Below, one piece after another: positions 60,897 through 64,000 of a stretch of 64,000 nt of DNA (position 1 is its first letter; every line of letters starts with the position of its first letter). The position numbers and the translations under genes were made by a program. This stretch comes from Xanthobacteraceae bacterium (GTDB lineage Bacteria; Pseudomonadota; Alphaproteobacteria; Rhizobiales; Xanthobacteraceae), in contig JAQSWY010000022.1 in the NCBI GenBank assembly GCA_029266425.1, positions 6,654 to 70,653 of the forward strand. Reading direction: 5' to 3'. The notes beneath the pieces were generated by a model. That model made no database searches. It was not told where the DNA came from and worked only from the letters and a program-made list of their open reading frames with translations.

Positions 60897-61922
60897 GTGA
60901 CACGCACATCGCTGCAGGACCACCTCTCGAGGTGGGCCGGAGCCGATCCTCTGCGTCAGGGGGTCGCGTCCGCCATCGAATCGCTGGCGGAAGCCGGCAT
61001 CGCCATTTCCGAACTCGTCGCCGCAGGCGCGCTGGCCGGTGAGCTGGCCGCGGTGCGCGGCCATCACTCGGACGGCGACAGCCAGAAGGAGCTCGACGCC
61101 ATTGCCGACCGCATGATTGCGGAAGCGCTGGCTCATGCGCCGGTGGCGCTGCTCGGCTCCGAGGAAGCCGAGGAAGCCCTCGTGCTCGATCCCGCCGGCA
61201 CGCTGGCGATCGCGGTCGATCCGCTCGACGGCTCGTCCAACATCGACACCAATGTCACGGTCGGCACCATCTTCTCGATCCTGCCGTACAACGGCCCGCA
61301 CGCTTTGCTGCAGAAGGGCGCGGCGCAGCTCGCCGCCGGCTTCCTGGTCTACGGGCCGCAGACCGCGCTGGTGCTCACCGTCGGCGAGGGCACGCACATC
61401 TTCGTGCTCGACCGCGACACCGGCACGCTGCTGCTGGCGCAGGAGCGGGTCGTCGTCCCGGCGGAGACCGCGGAATACGCCATCAACGGCTCCAATGCCC
61501 GGCACTGGGAAGCGCCGATCCGGCACTATGTCGGCGATTGCCTTGAGGGCGTCGAGGGCCCGCGGGCCAAGGACTTCAACACCCGCTGGGTCGCCTCCAT
61601 GGTGGCGGACGCGTTCCGTATCCTGATCCGCGGCGGCGTCTATCTCTATCCGAGCGATGCCCGCAAGGGCTACACCCACGGCCGGCTGCGCCTGGTCTAC
61701 GAGGCCAATCCGGTCGCCTTCCTGATGACGCAGGCGGAGGCTGCAGCAACCGACGGCACGCAGCCCATCCTCGACATCGTCCCCTCCGGGCTGCACCAGC
61801 GCGTGCCGCTGGTGTTCGGCTCGCGGGCCGAAGTGGAGCGCGTCACGCGCTACCACAACGACCCCCTGCACCTGTCCGAGCGCTCGCCCCTGTTCGGGCG
61901 GCGCGGCCTGCTCAGAGCGTGA
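60897..61922 (+). CDS. cbbF: Class I fructose-1,6-/sedoheptulose-1,7-bisphosphatase
   Basis: DPLDGSSNID, YGPQT, GRLRLVYEANP; GTG start. Confidence 0.94.
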   Translation: MTRTSLQDHLSRWAGADPLRQGVASAIESLAEAGIAISELVAAGALAGELAAVRGHHSDGDSQKELDAIADRMIAEALAHAPVALLGSEEAEEALVLDPAGTLAIAVDPLDGSSNIDTNVTVGTIFSILPYNGPHALLQKGAAQLAAGFLVYGPQTALVLTVGEGTHIFVLDRDTGTLLLAQERVVVPAETAEYAINGSNARHWEAPIRHYVGDCLEGVEGPRAKDFNTRWVASMVADAFRILIRGGVYLYPSDARKGYTHGRLRLVYEANPVAFLMTQAEAAATDGTQPILDIVPSGLHQRVPLVFGSRAEVERVTRYHNDPLHLSERSPLFGRRGLLRA

Positions 61923-61933
61923 GGGCGCCGACG

Positions 61934-62809
61934 ATGTCGATCCATCATCCGATCATCTCCGTCACCGGCTCCTCGGGCGCGGGCACCACCTCGGTGCGGC
62001 GCATCTTCGAGCAGATCTTCCGCCGCGAGAATGTCGAGGCCGCCTATATCGAGGGCGACGCCTTCCACCGCTACGACCGTGCCGCGATGAAGCAGGTGAT
62101 GGCGGAGGAGGCCTCGCACGGCAACCACCACTACAGCCATTTCGGCCCGGACTCGAACCTGTTCGAGGAGTTGGAGCAGACCTTCCGCGACTATTCCTGC
62201 ACCGGCACCGGCCGCACCCGGCACTATATCCACGACGACAAGGAGGCCGAGGAGTACGGCTCGCCGCCCGGCACCTTCACCGACTGGGAAGACCTGCCCG
62301 GTCCGACCGACCTGCTGTTCTATGAGGGCCTCCACGGCGCCGTGATGAGCGGCAACGTCAATGTGGCCCGCTATGGCGACCTCAAGATCGGCGTCGTCCC
62401 GGTCATCAATCTCGAATGGATCCAGAAGATCCATCGCGACCGCTCACATCGCGGCTATTCCACGGAGGCCGTGACCGACACGATACTTCGGCGCATGCCG
62501 GATTACGTGAACTATATTTGTCCGCAATTCACGCACACCGACATCAACTTCCAGCGCGTGCCGACGGTCGATACCTCGAACCCGTTCATCGCGCGCTGGA
62601 TACCGACGGCGGACGAGTCGATCGTCGTCATCCGCTTCAAGAGCCCGCGCGGCATCGATTTCCCCTACCTGCTCTCGATGATCCAGGGGAGCTGGATGTC
62701 CCGCGCGAACTCCATCGTGATCCCAGGCGGCAAGCTGGACATCGCGATGCAGCTGATCCTGACGCCGATGATCCTGAATCTCGTCGAAAAGAAGCGCCGC
62801 GCAGCATGA
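61934..62809 (+). CDS. cbbP: Phosphoribulokinase
   Basis: [38 protein letters not shown]. Confidence 0.96.
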   Translation: MSIHHPIISVTGSSGAGTTSVRRIFEQIFRRENVEAAYIEGDAFHRYDRAAMKQVMAEEASHGNHHYSHFGPDSNLFEELEQTFRDYSCTGTGRTRHYIHDDKEAEEYGSPPGTFTDWEDLPGPTDLLFYEGLHGAVMSGNVNVARYGDLKIGVVPVINLEWIQKIHRDRSHRGYSTEAVTDTILRRMPDYVNYICPQFTHTDINFQRVPTVDTSNPFIARWIPTADESIVVIRFKSPRGIDFPYLLSMIQGSWMSRANSIVIPGGKLDIAMQLILTPMILNLVEKKRRAA

Positions 62810-62823
62810 ACGGGGAGGATGAC

Positions 62824-64000
62824 ATGCTCACCAAGACCACCGTGCCGGTCACCTCGCCCGAAGGTGACGCGACGGAGATCCCTTATCGCGACATGGCGAA
62901 CGCGCTGCGCGCGCTCACCATGGACGCTGTGGAGAAGGCCAAGTCCGGCCATCCCGGCATGCCGATGGGCATGGCCGACGCCGCGACCGTGCTGTTCACC
63001 CGCTTCATGAAGGTCGACCCGACGCGGCCCGACTGGGCCGACCGCGACCGCTTCGTGCTGTCCGCCGGCCACGGCTCGATGCTGCTCTATTCGATCAACC
63101 ATCTGCTCGGCTATGCCGACATGGACATCGAGCAGATCAAGCGGTTCCGCCAGTCCGGCTCGAAGACGCCGGGCCACCCGGAATACGGCCACACCCTCGG
63201 GGTCGAGACCACCACCGGCCCGCTCGGCCAGGGGCTCACCACCGCGGTCGGCATGGCGCTCGCCGAGCGCATGATGAATGCCCGGTTCGGCGACGAGCTG
63301 GTCGATCACTTCACCTATGTCATCGCCGGCGACGGCTGCCTGATGGAAGGCATCTCCCACGAGGCGATCGACCTCGCCGGGCACCTGAAGCTCGGCAAGC
63401 TGATCGTGCTGTGGGACGATAACGGCATCTCCATCGACGGGCAGACCTCGCTCTCCACCTCGATGGACCAGCTCGCCCGCTTCGAGGCGGCCGGCTGGGA
63501 CGTGTTCCGCATCGACGGCCATGCCCATCACGCGCTGATCGACGCCATCGCCAAGGCCCGCAACACCAAGCGGCCCTCGCTGATCGCCTGCCGCACCACC
63601 ATCGGCTATGGCGCGCCGAACAAGGCCGGCACCGAGGCGGTGCACGGCGCCCCGCTTGGGGCCGCCGAGATCGAAGGCGCGCGGGACCGCCTCAACTGGT
63701 TCCACGAGCCGTTCGAGATCCCGGCCGGCATCCGCTCCGCCTGGGAGCAGATCGCCGATCGCGGCCGCGTCGCCCGCGAGAATTGGGAAGACCGCTTCGA
63801 GTTGTCGGCTAACCGCGTGGCGTTCCGCGAGGCGCTGGCCGGCGTGCTGCCCGAGGATTTCGCGGACAAGCTCGCCGATTACAAGCGCTCGCTGGTCGAG
63901 ACCGCACCCAAGGTCGCGACCCGCAAGGCCTCGGAAATGGCGCTCGGCGTCATCAATGCCGCGACCGACATCACGGTGGGCGGCTCGGCGGACCTGACGC
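62824..64000 (+). CDS. cbbT: Transketolase (runs off window end)
   Basis: Manual translation: [43 protein letters not shown]; GGAGG SD. Confidence 0.95.
   Translation, partial: MLTKTTVPVTSPEGDATEIPYRDMANALRALTMDAVEKAKSGHPGMPMGMADAATVLFTRFMKVDPTRPDWADRDRFVLSAGHGSMLLYSINHLLGYADMDIEQIKRFRQSGSKTPGHPEYGHTLGVETTTGPLGQGLTTAVGMALAERMMNARFGDELVDHFTYVIAGDGCLMEGISHEAIDLAGHLKLGKLIVLWDDNGISIDGQTSLSTSMDQLARFEAAGWDVFRIDGHAHHALIDAIAKARNTKRPSLIACRTTIGYGAPNKAGTEAVHGAPLGAAEIEGARDRLNWFHEPFEIPAGIRSAWEQIADRGRVARENWEDRFELSANRVAFREALAGVLPEDFADKLADYKRSLVETAPKVATRKASEMALGVINAATDITVGGSADLT

Overview
High-GC alphaproteobacterial DNA (gene content and order suggest Xanthobacteraceae such as Starkeya/Ancylobacter; this is an inference). 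After about 11 kb of housekeeping genes (Rrf2 regulator fragment, mgsA, ABC-F, FAD oxidoreductase, exbB-exbD-tonB, gcdH, a Tat-exported metallo-beta-lactamase-fold protein, TrmH), the rest is one large C1-metabolism supercluster. It holds pqqABCDE with an MxbDM-like two-component system, LanD/LutC-like and LutABEFG/PedABC-like lanthanide-handling genes, a PqqT-like ABC transporter, lanthanide-type xoxF-xoxG-xoxJ, the uncharacterised 'quinoprotein relay' genes (SoxYZ fusion, CxxxCW rhodanese, Zn-hydrolase), fae, the H4MPT/methylofuran pathway (fhcBADC, mptG, mtdB, mch, orfY/5/7/17/1/9/19/20/21/22, afpA/dmrB) and the start of the Calvin-cycle operon (cbbR, cbbF, cbbP, cbbT). More than 20 copies of four palindromic REP-like repeat families fill the intergenic spaces. 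The most notable unexplained signals are: (1) a 30-codon in-frame extension behind the fae amber stop, encoding a Pro/Ala linker plus an amphipathic helix and lying inside the terminator-bounded transcript; (2) a palindromic repeat inserted in frame into a signal-peptide coding region; (3) a TTCTTAT-N4-TTCTTAT direct repeat at five promoters of the lanthanide/PQQ genes; (4) the periplasmic SoxYZ-like thiol-carrier relay; (5) small ORFs missing from the ORF track (pqqA and a 58-aa protein). All family assignments come from motif recognition by eye; no database search was run.
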